Of a DNA stretch of 64,000 nt, positions 49,721 through 62,956 are shown in pieces. A model generated the notes under the pieces. The model was not told the origin of the DNA. It did not search any database and was given only the letters and a program-made list of their open reading frames with translations. Source of the DNA: Verrucomicrobiota bacterium. Lineage in GTDB: Bacteria; Verrucomicrobiota; Verrucomicrobiia; Limisphaerales; CANJSG01. The position numbers and the translations under genes are program-made. The stretch spans positions 1-64,000 of the forward strand of contig JBBQXJ010000015.1 in the NCBI GenBank assembly GCA_038209745.1. The letters are read 5' to 3'. Each line of letters starts with the position of its first letter. The first letter of the stretch is position 1.

Positions 49721-51444
49721 CAGCCGTCGAGGCTCCGGCTGCGGGTGACGAAGATCCCGTTCGGGCGCCATTGCAGGAAGAGGATGATCGCAACCAGCAC
49801 GGCGATCTTTCCGAGGACGGCGCCCATCCAGGGTTCAAGGATCTGGTTGGCGACGCCCACTCCGCCGGAGGCCGTCACCGTGCCCACGATGTTTCCGACA
49901 CCGCCGAGCACCACGACCATGAAACAGTCGATCACGTAGCTCTGGCCGAGGCTGGGACCGACGTTCGCGATCTGCGAGAGGCAGGCGCCCGCCATGCCAG
50001 CTAGGCCCGAGCCGAGGGCGAAGGTCATCATGTTCACCCGGTCGGTGCGGACGCCGATGCACGAAGCCATCGCGCGGTTCTGCATGACCGCGCGGATCTG
50101 GAGGCCGAGCGACGTCTTCGTCAGCAGCAGATAGGTGCCGTAGACGATGGCCACGGCGAAACAGATGATGAAGATCCGGTTGTAGGCGAACCCGACGTCG
50201 TTGACCACGACGCTGCCGGTCAGAAAGGAAGGCGCGGACACGTCGACGTTGGCCGCGCCAAAGGTATGCCGGAAGAGCTGCTGGAGAATCAGGCTCACGC
50301 CCCAGGTGGCCAGGAGCGATTCCAGCGGACGTTTGTAGAGGAAGCGGATGACGGTGCGTTCCAGGATGAGACCTAGGAGGGCGCCGGTGACGAAGGACGC
50401 AACGAGCGCGACGATAAAATAGAGGTCGAAGGCGCCGCCTTTCAGTCCCATGCCGCCCACCGAAACCGTCTTGCCGAAGAGGGAGAAGAGGAAGCCGCCG
50501 CCGAAGATCCCCTGCAAGGCGAACGCGGTGTAGGCGCCGACGGCCATGATCTCTCCATGGGCCATGTTGATGACGTTCATCAGCCCGAAAGTAATGGCGA
50601 GCCCAAGCGCCGCGACCAGCAGCACCGCCGAGAGACTGAGACCGCGGAACAGGGTTCCGACGAGGTTGCCCCACCAGAGGTAGTTGTCGATCGACTGGAC
50701 GGCGGAGCGCAGGGTCTTCGGAGTCTCCGGGCCAAATTTTCCAGGATTGGCTTTGCACTCCTGCTCCATGTCGCGGAGCAGGGAGACCCCGTTGACCGAA
50801 CGCATGTCTCCCAGGTTTTGGATGGCGGCATTGCGGACGGCGGGATCGTCGCTGGCGGTGAGGGTGAGCGCGATCGCCTCGTGGAGGGCCTTGATGGCTT
50901 CGGCATTCTTTTCAACCTTCAACCGGGCTTCGAAGTTCGGTAGAAACTCGGGGTTCCGCTGCTGGCCGAGCTTGGTCGCGGTGTCGCGGCGCATCTTCGG
51001 CAACGGGTGGGCCAGGGCGAAGAGGTCGAGCGTGGTCTTGATGGCACGGCGGAGCTTGGACGTGTTGTCGGCCGGGGTGAGATCCGACACGGCGAAATGC
51101 AGCTCCTTGCCGGAGGCGTCGGTGATGAACTTGCCGTCGCGGATGCGGATGCCCTTTGCCTTGCCGTCGGTGTCCAGCTGGGTGTCGAGGACGATGGGCG
51201 AATTGGTTCCGCCCGGTGATTCGTAGAGGTAGAGCTCGCTGAGACGCCAAGCGATCAAGCCTCGTTCCACGAGGTCGTCTCCGGAGTCGACGAGCTGCTG
51301 CACCATCTCGCTCTGCTTCGAGGCGTCTTGCTCGAGCACCGCGTCGGCCAGGACGACGCGGTAGTCTGGCGCCGTTGCTTCCGCCCCGCAGGACGGGGCG
51401 ATCACGGCGAAACAAAAGACGAGCAGGCTGAGAATGCGTTTCAC
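49720..51444 (-). CDS. urtB: urea ABC transporter permease UrtB with periplasmic HEAT-like N-terminal region
   Basis: GLAITFGLMNVINMAHGE, LYKRPLESLLATWG, RAVMQNR, FMVVVLGGVG, QWRPNG. Confidence 0.92.
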   Translation of the reverse strand: MKRILSLLVFCFAVIAPSCGAEATAPDYRVVLADAVLEQDASKQSEMVQQLVDSGDDLVERGLIAWRLSELYLYESPGGTNSPIVLDTQLDTDGKAKGIRIRDGKFITDASGKELHFAVSDLTPADNTSKLRRAIKTTLDLFALAHPLPKMRRDTATKLGQQRNPEFLPNFEARLKVEKNAEAIKALHEAIALTLTASDDPAVRNAAIQNLGDMRSVNGVSLLRDMEQECKANPGKFGPETPKTLRSAVQSIDNYLWWGNLVGTLFRGLSLSAVLLVAALGLAITFGLMNVINMAHGEIMAVGAYTAFALQGIFGGGFLFSLFGKTVSVGGMGLKGGAFDLYFIVALVASFVTGALLGLILERTVIRFLYKRPLESLLATWGVSLILQQLFRHTFGAANVDVSAPSFLTGSVVVNDVGFAYNRIFIICFAVAIVYGTYLLLTKTSLGLQIRAVMQNRAMASCIGVRTDRVNMMTFALGSGLAGMAGACLSQIANVGPSLGQSYVIDCFMVVVLGGVGNIVGTVTASGGVGVANQILEPWMGAVLGKIAVLVAIILFLQWRPNGIFVTRSRSLDG

Positions 51445-51485
51445 GATCGGTCAGTCTCGCCACGGGGCGAACCAGGGAAAAGCGG

Positions 51486-51590
51486 GGAGCGCGGGTCCAG
51501 GCCGGCGACGGTTCCTCCACCCAACAAAAAACGGAATCCGACAGGCTGGCTTCCGGTGCTGGCATTCCGCCGACCGGATGCCCGCGCTCC
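51486..51590. repeat. REP-like inverted repeat in the urtA-urtB spacer
   Basis: GGAGCGCGGG(51486)..CCCGCGCTCC(51590) arms. Confidence 0.5.
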
Positions 51591-51619
51591 AAAAGGGGAT
51601 CTCCGGTTGTTCAGGAGCC

Positions 51620-51653
51620 GGAAGGAGCGGACCCCGCAGGATCCGCTCCTTCC
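51620..51653 (-). terminator. strong hairpin immediately after urtA (partial terminator or mRNA stabiliser)
   Basis: GGAAGGAGCGGA-N10-TCCGCTCCTTCC perfect 12-bp stem. Confidence 0.6.
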
Positions 51654-51665
51654 TTCAGACAAAGC

Positions 51666-52898
51666 TTACTTCAGGAACTTCGCGCTGAAGGGCTCGGCGG
51701 CGACCTGCCTAAAGGTCTTGATGACCTTGAACTGTCCGGTCGGAAGGGTCTCTCCGATGAACACGTCGTTGATCAGGTGATGGTTCGCCTGCATCGTGAC
51801 TTCGGCCACGGGGCCCTTGAACTTCTGGCCGATGAGGGCGGGGCGGACCTTGTCCACCTCGAAGCTGCCCGCCTTCTCGACCGCCTGTTTCCAGAGATAC
51901 ACACCCATGCGGGAGAGGTTCATCGGGGAGCAGGTGACGCGGCCCTTGGGATCGACGCCGGAGACGGTGTAGTCGATGCCATAGATCTTCGGATCTTGCA
52001 CCCAAGAGAGGAAGTCGCCCACGAACTTCGTGTTCTCAGGCGTCTTGATGGACATGAAGTAGGTCCAGCAGCCGAGGTGGCCCGCGAGCTGCTTTGCGGG
52101 AAGGCCGCGGAACTCGTCTTCGGAAATCGAGAAGGAGACGACCGGACAATTCTCGGAGGTAAGGCCCGCGTTGGCGAACTCCTTGAAGAACGGGACGTTT
52201 GTGTCGCCGTTCAGCGTGGAGATGACGGTGGCGTTGCCGCCAGCGGCAAACTTCTTGATGTCCGAGACAATGGTCTGGTAGTCGGTGTGGCCGAAGGGGG
52301 TGTAGATCTCGACGATGTCGGAATCGGGGATGCCCTTCATCTTGAGATACTGCTTCAGGATCTTGTTCGTGGTGCGCGGATAGACGTAGTCGGATCCGAG
52401 CAGGAAAAACTTCTTCTTCCCTTCCCCGAGCATGTAGTCGACGGCGGGGATAGCCTGCTGGTTCACGGCTTCGGCGGTGTAGAAGATGTTCTGGGAAAGC
52501 TCCTCGCCCTCATACTGCACCGGGTAGAAAAGCAGGCCGTTGTGCTGTTCAAACTTGGGCAGCGCGAACTTGCGGCTCACCGAGGTCCAGCAGCCGAAGA
52601 CGACCGCGACCTTGTCCTTCACCAGCAGCTCCTCGGCCTTCTCCGCAAATGTGGGCCAGTCCGACTTCGGATCAACCACGACGGGCTCAATCATCTTGCC
52701 CATGACCCCGCCGGATTTGTTGACCTCGTCGAACGTGAACAGAAGAACGTCTTTCAGCGAGGTTTCGCTGATCGCCATAGTGCCGCTCAGGGAATGCAGC
52801 ACGCCCACTTTGACCGTGTCAGCGGCATGGAGAGGGCCAGTCAGACCGACAGCGAGACAGGCCAAGGTTGAAAGTGTTGTCTTGAAGATTGATATCAT
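51666..52898 (-). CDS. urtA: urea ABC transporter substrate-binding protein
   Basis: signal peptide; [54 protein letters not shown]. Confidence 0.93.
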   Translation of the reverse strand: MISIFKTTLSTLACLAVGLTGPLHAADTVKVGVLHSLSGTMAISETSLKDVLLFTFDEVNKSGGVMGKMIEPVVVDPKSDWPTFAEKAEELLVKDKVAVVFGCWTSVSRKFALPKFEQHNGLLFYPVQYEGEELSQNIFYTAEAVNQQAIPAVDYMLGEGKKKFFLLGSDYVYPRTTNKILKQYLKMKGIPDSDIVEIYTPFGHTDYQTIVSDIKKFAAGGNATVISTLNGDTNVPFFKEFANAGLTSENCPVVSFSISEDEFRGLPAKQLAGHLGCWTYFMSIKTPENTKFVGDFLSWVQDPKIYGIDYTVSGVDPKGRVTCSPMNLSRMGVYLWKQAVEKAGSFEVDKVRPALIGQKFKGPVAEVTMQANHHLINDVFIGETLPTGQFKVIKTFRQVAAEPFSAKFLK

Positions 52899-53028
52899 AG
52901 GTGAAATGGCGATAGAGTGGTGGTTTTGCTTGTCTGTGTTCAGTCGGTTTGGGGATGGGTTGGACCGAAGCCATAGGGCGAGAGAAATCGAATTGCGCTC
53001 GGAGTCACGCCAATCATATCTCTTGATT

Positions 53029-53044
53029 AGCATCTGAGATGCCA
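53029..53044 (-). promoter_or_regulatory. sigma-54 (-24/-12) promoter of the urt-ure cluster
   Basis: minus strand TGGCATCTCAGATGCT fits GG-N10-GC, about 130 nt upstream of urtA. Confidence 0.65.
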
Positions 53045-53557
53045 CCACTCCGCTCCAGTCGGTGCATCAACAGAAGTTGGCCATAAATCCGCCAAAGACC
53101 TCCGAAGAGTTCATTCAATCACCGCGCCCGACCGCCAAGTTTGGCTCAAGCCGTCCAGAACCTAGCAGCGAATTGGGCTGGTTGTTCAATTCGCCGCACC
53201 CACAAGGCAGTCGGAAGAAAGCGGTGCTGAATCGGCGGCGCAAGCCACGCCCGCCAAGCGATCCGCTCGCGGCCCCTCTCACGACAAAATCACCCAGAGA
53301 CGATTTGAAGGAGTTCCTGCCTGATAGCCGAAAGGCCGGAGACATCGCCGCCTGATCTGTCCCCTGGCCGATGTGACCATATGTCGCTCCACGTCATGAC
53401 CAATCTCCAAGGTGCCGGAGTCCTAGGGAGGCCCGCCGAACCAATTGCCCGAGATCAACCCTGCTGGAACCCGGGGGATTGGCGCCACCTCTCAAGCCAA
53501 TAATCCATCCACCGATAACCTCCTGACGCTCGCCCGTTCAACGTGCGCCGCAGACTA

Positions 53558-54853
53558 ATGAAGAAAATCCTCATCATCGAAGACGACACCATCACGGCGA
53601 ACGTCTATAGCAACCGCTTCCGCGTCGAGGGCTTCCAAGTCGAGGTCGCGGCGGACGGCGAAGCGGGCTTGGCGGCGGTCCGGAGTTTTCAGCCCGACGT
53701 TATCACCTGCGACCTGATGATGCCGAAACGCAACGGAGTCGAGGTCATCAGGGCCATCCGGGCGGATCCGTCGATCTCTTCCATCCCCATCATCGTCTTC
53801 TCGAACTCCTATCTGAGCACGATGATCAAGGATGCCTGGGCGGCGGGCGCCTCCAAGTGCCTTTCCAAGGCCGACTGCACCCCGAAACATCTCATCGAGA
53901 TCATCCAGAACCTGATCGCGACCCAGGCGGGTGGGGGCAGAGCGGTTGTCCCCGGACCGCCCGGCCAGACGCATGTCATGGCGAGGGCCCAGGCGGTCGT
54001 CGGTGCGACTGCGTTCGTTTCCAGAACGCCCCATCAGCAGAACTCCGGCACGCAGTTCCTGCGGGCCGGAGGGACGAACGGCGGCGCGGCGGCCGGCGAC
54101 AAGAGCGACGCCGAGGTGGCGATGCAGGGTCTGCTCAGGAAGAATTTCTTCGAGACCGCCCCCAAGGAGATGACCGTGTTCCGATCGATCATGTCGTCGC
54201 TGGGCAAGAGCGAGGATCTGGCCGCCCGTCCCCAGGCGATGACCGATCTGGCTCGTCGAATGAAAACACTGGCCAGCGCGGCGGGTATGCTTTCGTTCCG
54301 CACCTTCGCCACTTTGACTTCCGCCATGGAGGCCTTTGCCCGCGAGCTCACCGAGAAGCCGGAACAGATCAACACCTCCAGTCTTCGTACGTTGGTCCAA
54401 GCCGTCGACTTTCTGCCGACCCTTTTGGAGAAGTGCCTTCTGCCAGAGGCGACTAACAACCTCTCGCCCCACATCCTGGTGGTGGATGACGAACCGTTGT
54501 CGCGCCGGGCGCTGGTCACCGCCCTGAGCCGGGCCGATCTGCGCAGCATCCAGATCGACGACCCGACCATCGCCTTGCGGCTGGTCGAGCAGAATCAATT
54601 CGACCTGATCTTCACGGACGTCGATATGCCGGTCCTAAGCGGATTCGATCTGTGCACCAAGATCCGGGCACTGCCCGACTCGGCCCGCACCCCGGTGATT
54701 TTCGTGACAAGCAACACGGACTTTTCCAGTCGGGCGAAGTCAACACTGAGCGGTGGAAGCGACTTCATCGGAAAACCGTTCCTCTTCATGGAGGTGGCGG
54801 TGAAGGCCCTGACCCATCATCTGCGCGCGATGGACGCCGGGACCGCTCGGTAG
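53558..54853 (+). CDS. response regulator: REC - HPt-like - REC
   Basis: KILIIEDD..CDLMMP..SK; central helical domain; HILVVDDE..TDVDMP..GKP. Confidence 0.88.
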   Translation: MKKILIIEDDTITANVYSNRFRVEGFQVEVAADGEAGLAAVRSFQPDVITCDLMMPKRNGVEVIRAIRADPSISSIPIIVFSNSYLSTMIKDAWAAGASKCLSKADCTPKHLIEIIQNLIATQAGGGRAVVPGPPGQTHVMARAQAVVGATAFVSRTPHQQNSGTQFLRAGGTNGGAAAGDKSDAEVAMQGLLRKNFFETAPKEMTVFRSIMSSLGKSEDLAARPQAMTDLARRMKTLASAAGMLSFRTFATLTSAMEAFARELTEKPEQINTSSLRTLVQAVDFLPTLLEKCLLPEATNNLSPHILVVDDEPLSRRALVTALSRADLRSIQIDDPTIALRLVEQNQFDLIFTDVDMPVLSGFDLCTKIRALPDSARTPVIFVTSNTDFSSRAKSTLSGGSDFIGKPFLFMEVAVKALTHHLRAMDAGTAR

Positions 54854-54889
54854 AGTCCGGTACCGCTAGCCGGGTCTTCACCTGCAAAG

Positions 54890-54921
54890 AAAAACCCCTT
54901 CCGGAGACCGGAAGGGGTTTT
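54890..54921. terminator. bidirectional rho-independent terminator
   Basis: AAAACCCCTTCCGG-AGA-CCGGAAGGGGTTTT between convergent genes. Confidence 0.85.
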
Positions 54922-54937
54922 GCGCGTCCGAAGACGA

Positions 54938-56149
54938 TTAGAACAGATAGATGATGTTCGCGGTGACCGAGACGGCGTCGTGGTCGGTGGACGGCTTGCC
55001 ACCAGCAACCGTACCACCGAAAATCCCATCAGGGGAGTGGTCCCAGCGGAGTTCACCGCGGCTGATGACGTTCTTCCAGAGCGAGTAGTCGCCCGTGAAG
55101 GTGAACGAGTAGAGCTGGTCGTTGTTTCCGGGAGTGTTGCCGGTTCCGAACGCGTTCTGCGTGCCGGTGGCGACATCGAAGCGGCCGTTCAGCTTGAACT
55201 TCTCGGTGGCCTGATAGGACAGGTAGACCGCGACGGCTTGGGCCCAATCCTTGTCGCCGGCGGCGGTCTTGTATTGCTGGCCGGTGGTGTAGTCCCATGC
55301 GAGCCCGAGGCTCAGGCCCGTGACGGGCAGCGGGATGCTGGCGCCGACGTAGTAATTCTCCTGGATACGGTTGGCGACCGTGTTGTAGAGGCCCTGGGTG
55401 GCATCGCCTTCGGTGTAACCGAGGGTGAGGGTGGCACCATGGAGGAAACCGAAGCTCTCAGGCGCGATCAGGTTGATCATGCCGAGATAGGCCTTGCGGG
55501 ACTCGCTGGTCTGCGAGGCATCGACCTGGTTGTTGTAGCCCGCCGTATTGCCGACACCTGCCATCACGCTGAGGAAGTCGGCCACCTGGTAGCTGGCGGA
55601 CACGCCGACATGGGCCGAGGACTCGATGTAGAAGCCGTAGGAGCGGCTCCAGTTCGGGTTCTTGTAGGTATCGTAGGCTTCGTAGCCGTTGTAGGTGCCG
55701 AACTGGCCGACTTTGAAGTCGATGCCGTTGCCCACGGGGACGCGAAGCGCGACGTAGGCTTCGTTGAAGCCGATATCGCCGGCCGAGCCGCCGAGAAGCG
55801 ATCGGGTTCCGCGCTTGACCGCGCCGGGCCCGATCAGGGTCTGGACATGGTAGCCGGCGGACCACTGGTTTTCGTCGAGGGGCTTGTCGAGCGTCAGGCT
55901 GACGACATTCAGGTTGAAGCCATCCTGGTTGTAGCTGCCTGCTCCGCCGTCATAGACGCGGCCGGGCATGGCCCGGTCGCCGGTCCCAAACTTCCAAGTG
56001 CCGGTCACATCCACGTAGCCGCTCAGGGTCGTGCTGGCGACCTTGGTCAGCACGGGGGAGAGCATCATCTTTTCTTCGGCATGGCCGACCGACGCGAGGC
56101 CGACCACCCCGAGGGAAGCCAGACCGAGTGTCCATTTGTTAACGTTCAT
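54938..56149 (-). CDS. outer-membrane beta-barrel porin (BBP2-like)
   Basis: AGGAGG RBS; signal peptide; LSGYVD, FNEAYV, GQFGTYNGYE, NPNWSRSY; terminal IIYLF beta-signal. Confidence 0.85.
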   Translation of the reverse strand: MNVNKWTLGLASLGVVGLASVGHAEEKMMLSPVLTKVASTTLSGYVDVTGTWKFGTGDRAMPGRVYDGGAGSYNQDGFNLNVVSLTLDKPLDENQWSAGYHVQTLIGPGAVKRGTRSLLGGSAGDIGFNEAYVALRVPVGNGIDFKVGQFGTYNGYEAYDTYKNPNWSRSYGFYIESSAHVGVSASYQVADFLSVMAGVGNTAGYNNQVDASQTSESRKAYLGMINLIAPESFGFLHGATLTLGYTEGDATQGLYNTVANRIQENYYVGASIPLPVTGLSLGLAWDYTTGQQYKTAAGDKDWAQAVAVYLSYQATEKFKLNGRFDVATGTQNAFGTGNTPGNNDQLYSFTFTGDYSLWKNVISRGELRWDHSPDGIFGGTVAGGKPSTDHDAVSVTANIIYLF

Positions 56150-56351
56150 ATCGTAGTTCCTCCTGCGTATGGTTGTTGTTGTGTGCGTTGTTTTGCGGGC
56201 AAAAAAATCTGCCCAGTCGTGGCAGAACGCCACGCATTGGGGGAGTAGATAGGTCAACGGCGCTCCGGTTGACAATACCTTTTTGGACCTTGGAACCTTA
56301 AGTCCCGAGGCCGGATTGCCGATCCTGATCGGATGATCCGACGTCGGATCG

Positions 56352-58899
<2,548 letters not shown>

Positions 58900-58917
58900 G
58901 GGGAATGGTTTCGGGGG

Positions 58918-59421
58918 CTAGGCCACTTCCCGGGCGGAGCGCATGAGTTCGCCCTTTACCTTGTCGAGGATGCCGTTGACGAACTTGCCGCTGTCGTCGG
59001 TGGAGAACTTCTTCGCGATGTCCACCGCTTCGTTGATGCTGACGATGGGGGGAATGTCCTCCCGGTGGAGCATCTCGTAGATGGCCAGCCGGATGATGTT
59101 CCGGTCGACGATGGCCAATCGATGGATGTCCCAGTTCTTGGCCACCTTGCGGATCCAGTCGTCGGCCTCGTTCCGGTGCTCGATGGCGCCGCGGATCAAG
59201 GGTTCGGAGAAGAGGCGAAGCTCGGATTCAGCATCCGAGGGCGGGGGCAGCGCGACGACCTCGCCGTAAGTGGCCTTGCCGATCTTGTCGGCGGCGAGCA
59301 CCGACTTGCGCTGTGAATCCCAGAACGCGTTCAACGCCTCGTCGAGATTCTCCGACGGGTTGACATCATACTGAAACAGAAACTGCACGGCCCGTTCCCG
59401 GGCCTCGCGTCGCATTCCCAT
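58918..59421 (-). CDS. nusB: transcription antitermination factor NusB
   Basis: RREARERAVQFLF, VDRNIIRLAIYE, INEAVDIAKKF, FVNGILD. Confidence 0.95.
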   Translation of the reverse strand: MGMRREARERAVQFLFQYDVNPSENLDEALNAFWDSQRKSVLAADKIGKATYGEVVALPPPSDAESELRLFSEPLIRGAIEHRNEADDWIRKVAKNWDIHRLAIVDRNIIRLAIYEMLHREDIPPIVSINEAVDIAKKFSTDDSGKFVNGILDKVKGELMRSAREVA

Positions 59422-59524
59422 GCAACAAGGATGTCACAACCCGCGACCGGACGGTAAAGGATTTTGCCGGGAAATGCCCTCGGCGATTCGCCTTGGAGAG
59501 CTGCCGTTGGCTCCCAAAACAGGC

Positions 59525-59553
59525 AAGGAGGATCCCGAACCGGGATCCTCCTT
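59525..59553 (-). terminator. hairpin/terminator after the glyA fusion gene
   Basis: AAGGAGGATCCCG-AAC-CGGGATCCTCCTT perfect stem. Confidence 0.6.
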
Positions 59554-59577
59554 CCTGTCAGACGTTGTCGTCGCTTT

Positions 59578-61740
59578 CTAGTAGGGCAGCGGGAACCGCC
59601 CGGTCAGCTCGCGCACGCGCTGGCGCACCGCGTGGGCGGCCTCGACGTTTTTGATGTCCATCAGCACCTCGGCGATCATGTCGGCGATGGCGGCCATTTC
59701 GGATTCCTTCATTCCTCGCGTGGTCACGGCCGGGGTGCCGAGCCGGATGCCGGATGCTTGGAACGGCGAACGGGTCTCGAAGGGGATGGTGTTCTTGTTG
59801 CAGGTGATGCCGGCTTCATCGAGCGCGAGCTGGCATTCCTTGCCGCTCAGGCCCTTGGCGTCCACGTCCACCAGCATCAGATGGTTCTCGGTGCCGCCGC
59901 TGACCAGGCGGAAGCCGTTGCGCTTCATGCCTTTGGCCAACGCGGCCGCGTTCTTCACGATCTGTTCCTGATACGACTTGAACGACGGATGGAGCGCTTC
60001 GAGGAAACACACGGCCTTGGCGGCGATGACGTGCATCAACGGCCCGCCCTGGATACCGGGGAAAACTTGGGAATCAATCACCTTGGCGTATTGCTCCTTG
60101 CACAGGATCAGGCCGCCACGAGGACCGCGCAGCGTCTTGTGCGTGGTGGTGGTGACGAAGTCCGCGTGGGCGATCGGGCTCGGATGGATGCCCGCCGCGA
60201 CGAGACCGGCGATGTGCGCGATGTCGGCCAAAAGGAGCGCGCCGACTTCCTTGGCGATCTCGCCCATGCGCTTGAAGTCGATGATGCGCGGGTAGGCGGA
60301 GGCGCCGACCGTGATCATGTTCGGCTTGTGCTCGCGGGCCATGGCGGCGAGCTGGTCGTAGTCCAGCCGCTCGTCTTCCTTGCGGACGCCGTAGTGGACG
60401 ATCTCGAAGAATTTGCCGGAGAAATTGGCCTTGTTGCCGTGGGTGAGATGGCCGCCGTGGGACAGATCCATGGTCAGCAGCTTGTCGCCGGGCTTCAGCA
60501 TGGCGAAGTAGACCGCCATGTTGGCGCCGGAGCCGGAATGCGGCTGGACGTTGGCATGGTCCGCTCCAAAGAGCTTCTTGGCGCGGTCGATGGCGACCTG
60601 TTCGGCCACGTCGACGTTTTCGCAGCCGCCATACCAGCGCTTTTTGGGATAGCCCTCGGCGTATTTGTTGGTCAGCACGCTGCCCTGCGTTTCCATGATC
60701 GCCGGGCTGGTGAAGTTTTCCGAGGCGATCAGCTCGATGTTTTCCTGCTGGCGCTGCCGTTCGAGGGAGACGACGTCGGCGATCTCGGGGTCGACGGAGC
60801 GGAGGCGGAGGTGGGCCGGGGGCATGGGTGATTCCATCTTGCGAACGCGGCGTTCATGGCGGCCACCGGCGAAATGGGCCGCAATAAAGGCGTCGACGAT
60901 TTTGACGGCCACCTCGGGCGAGGTCTGTTTCTGCCCGAGGCAGACGATGTTCGCGTCGTTGTGCTCGCGGCAGATCCGGGCCATTTCCTCGTTGAAGACG
61001 AGGGCTGCACGGGCGCCGGGCACTTTGTTGGCCGCGATGCTCATGCCGATGCCGCTGGTGCAGACCAGGAGGCCGAGTTCCGCGCGGCCGTCGACGACAT
61101 CTTGCGCCACCATTTGGGCGTAATCCGTGTAGTCGGTCGACTCCGTGCCATGGGTGCCACGGTCCTCGAAGCTGATCCCGGCGCCCGCGAAGTGCTTCGT
61201 CAGGGCCTCCTTCAACTGGAGGCCGCCGTGGTCGCAGCCAACGGAAAGGACGATCTTGCGGGAGGAGGGTGAACCAGGCGGGGTATTTTGCTCGATGAAG
61301 TTCAAAGTGGTGACGATGCCTTTGGCGATCTGGTCGCGGCAGGCTTTGTAGACCTCGATCGGACCGCCGATCGGATCGCTGATGTCTTTCTCGTAGTAGT
61401 CGAGCGAATCGTCGAACTCACGGAGCAGGAACGATTTTTCCGCCGCCTGGGGGTAGAGCAGGCTGATGGAGTCGACGTGGCTGCGGGTCATCCCGAGGAT
61501 GAGATCCGCCTGGTCGACCAGTTCCGCCGTCAACATCCGGCTGCGCTGCTTCGAAATATCGATGCCCAGCTCGCGCATGGTCCGGACGGCGTGGGCGCTG
61601 GGGCTCTGCCCGTCGATGGCCCCGACGCCGGCGGAAAGCACGCAGAATACCCCGCGCCCGTCGACGGCATGACGAAACAGCCCCTCGGCCATGGGGCTGC
61701 GGCAGATGTTACCGGTGCAGACAAAGAGGATCGTCTTCAT
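59578..61740 (-). CDS. glyA: triple fusion: LMW protein phosphatase - ribose-5-phosphate isomerase B - serine hydroxymethyltransferase
   Basis: [69 protein letters not shown], all in one 720-aa frame. Confidence 0.93.
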   Translation of the reverse strand: MKTILFVCTGNICRSPMAEGLFRHAVDGRGVFCVLSAGVGAIDGQSPSAHAVRTMRELGIDISKQRSRMLTAELVDQADLILGMTRSHVDSISLLYPQAAEKSFLLREFDDSLDYYEKDISDPIGGPIEVYKACRDQIAKGIVTTLNFIEQNTPPGSPSSRKIVLSVGCDHGGLQLKEALTKHFAGAGISFEDRGTHGTESTDYTDYAQMVAQDVVDGRAELGLLVCTSGIGMSIAANKVPGARAALVFNEEMARICREHNDANIVCLGQKQTSPEVAVKIVDAFIAAHFAGGRHERRVRKMESPMPPAHLRLRSVDPEIADVVSLERQRQQENIELIASENFTSPAIMETQGSVLTNKYAEGYPKKRWYGGCENVDVAEQVAIDRAKKLFGADHANVQPHSGSGANMAVYFAMLKPGDKLLTMDLSHGGHLTHGNKANFSGKFFEIVHYGVRKEDERLDYDQLAAMAREHKPNMITVGASAYPRIIDFKRMGEIAKEVGALLLADIAHIAGLVAAGIHPSPIAHADFVTTTTHKTLRGPRGGLILCKEQYAKVIDSQVFPGIQGGPLMHVIAAKAVCFLEALHPSFKSYQEQIVKNAAALAKGMKRNGFRLVSGGTENHLMLVDVDAKGLSGKECQLALDEAGITCNKNTIPFETRSPFQASGIRLGTPAVTTRGMKESEMAAIADMIAEVLMDIKNVEAAHAVRQRVRELTGRFPLPY

Positions 61741-61807
61741 TCCATTCCAACCAAGTGGGCTGGCAAAGTGCGGGGATCGTTTCAGAGCGTCAATTTTGAA
61801 ATCGGTT

Positions 61808-62845
61808 TCACCCGTTGCGCCGAGGCTGGACCACCGCCAAACCCTTGATCAGATCCAGAGCCCGGGCCAAGGCCGGGTCCTGGAGGGTGGCGGCCGGAGG
61901 ACCGTCGGATTCCGGGGCGGGGGCGAATTCAGGCAGGTCTCCGATGAAGCCGGTTTCCCGCTGTTGCCGGACCAGGGTGGCCTCGTTCAGCCGTCGGCGG
62001 GGACGGGAGCTGGCGGCGGGCGCACCTGTGCCGGCGGAAGCCAGTCGTTTGAAGGGGTTTTCGAGCCATTCTCGTTCAAGGGCGCGATCCACCGGGACCG
62101 CGATGTCGGGCTGGACGGGCTGGTCCAAGGCGTCGCCATTCCCGAGTTTGACCGCGTCTCCGGCGATCCAGACAGATTGGCCGGACGGCAGACGATGTTC
62201 TTCCATGACTCGTGCTTGGCCGCTGGTGGTTTCTCCCAGAACCAATCCGACGTGGCCCCGGCGCAACACGGCCGCCAAAGCTTCGGCCGCGCCCCGGGTC
62301 CGCCCGTTGACGAGGATTGAGACGGGAAACAAGTAGGCGTTCGACTTGGCGGATGAGGCGGCTTTGCCGTCGGTCCAAGACAGCAACGGGTGTTCGGTGG
62401 AAAAGAACCGGTCCGCGATGGCTCCGGCAGCGGTGTAATCCCGGCCTTCGGTATCACGCAGATCGAGGATCAAGCCCCGGATTCCGTTCGAGGCGACCAA
62501 TCTGGAGACGGCTTCCGCAAACGCCGCCGATGTCGTCCCGTCGATCCTAGCGAGCCGGATCCAGCCAAAATCGCGGTCGATCGCCTGGGCTTTCGCCACG
62601 GCGTTGGTCGCGGTCGTTCCCTCCACTTCGAGCCCCGGGACGATCAACCGTCCCTCCAGTTCCCGGACCAGCCCGACGAGAGCGGCGCGGTTCAGCGCCT
62701 CGGCATCGAGGCCTGGAGGCGCCTTTTCGAGCAGCTCGTAGACCTCCCGGATCGGCGGCAGCGGGGCGGCCGCCGCGGACGAGGCCAAGAAAGGAACGGC
62801 TCCGGCCAGAGCGGCGCACGCCAAACGGATTGCCACAGTCGTCAT
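61808..62845 (-). CDS. S41 (tail-specific protease) family protein, probably catalytically inactive
   Basis: signal peptide; [44 protein letters not shown]. Confidence 0.75.
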   Translation of the reverse strand: MTTVAIRLACAALAGAVPFLASSAAAAPLPPIREVYELLEKAPPGLDAEALNRAALVGLVRELEGRLIVPGLEVEGTTATNAVAKAQAIDRDFGWIRLARIDGTTSAAFAEAVSRLVASNGIRGLILDLRDTEGRDYTAAGAIADRFFSTEHPLLSWTDGKAASSAKSNAYLFPVSILVNGRTRGAAEALAAVLRRGHVGLVLGETTSGQARVMEEHRLPSGQSVWIAGDAVKLGNGDALDQPVQPDIAVPVDRALEREWLENPFKRLASAGTGAPAASSRPRRRLNEATLVRQQRETGFIGDLPEFAPAPESDGPPAATLQDPALARALDLIKGLAVVQPRRNG

Positions 62846-62956
62846 CAGGAGGCACTCTACGGCCCGGATCCGACCAAAGGCAAATACCCCGCGCGTCGCG
62901 GGCTCCGCTAAAGAGCCGATATTTGCCAAGATCGTCCAATTGAGAGCCCTGCCGTT

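Noticed and set aside
56197..56217. sigma-54 promoter for the porin gene
   Set aside because: GG-to-GC spacing is 11 nt rather than the required 10.
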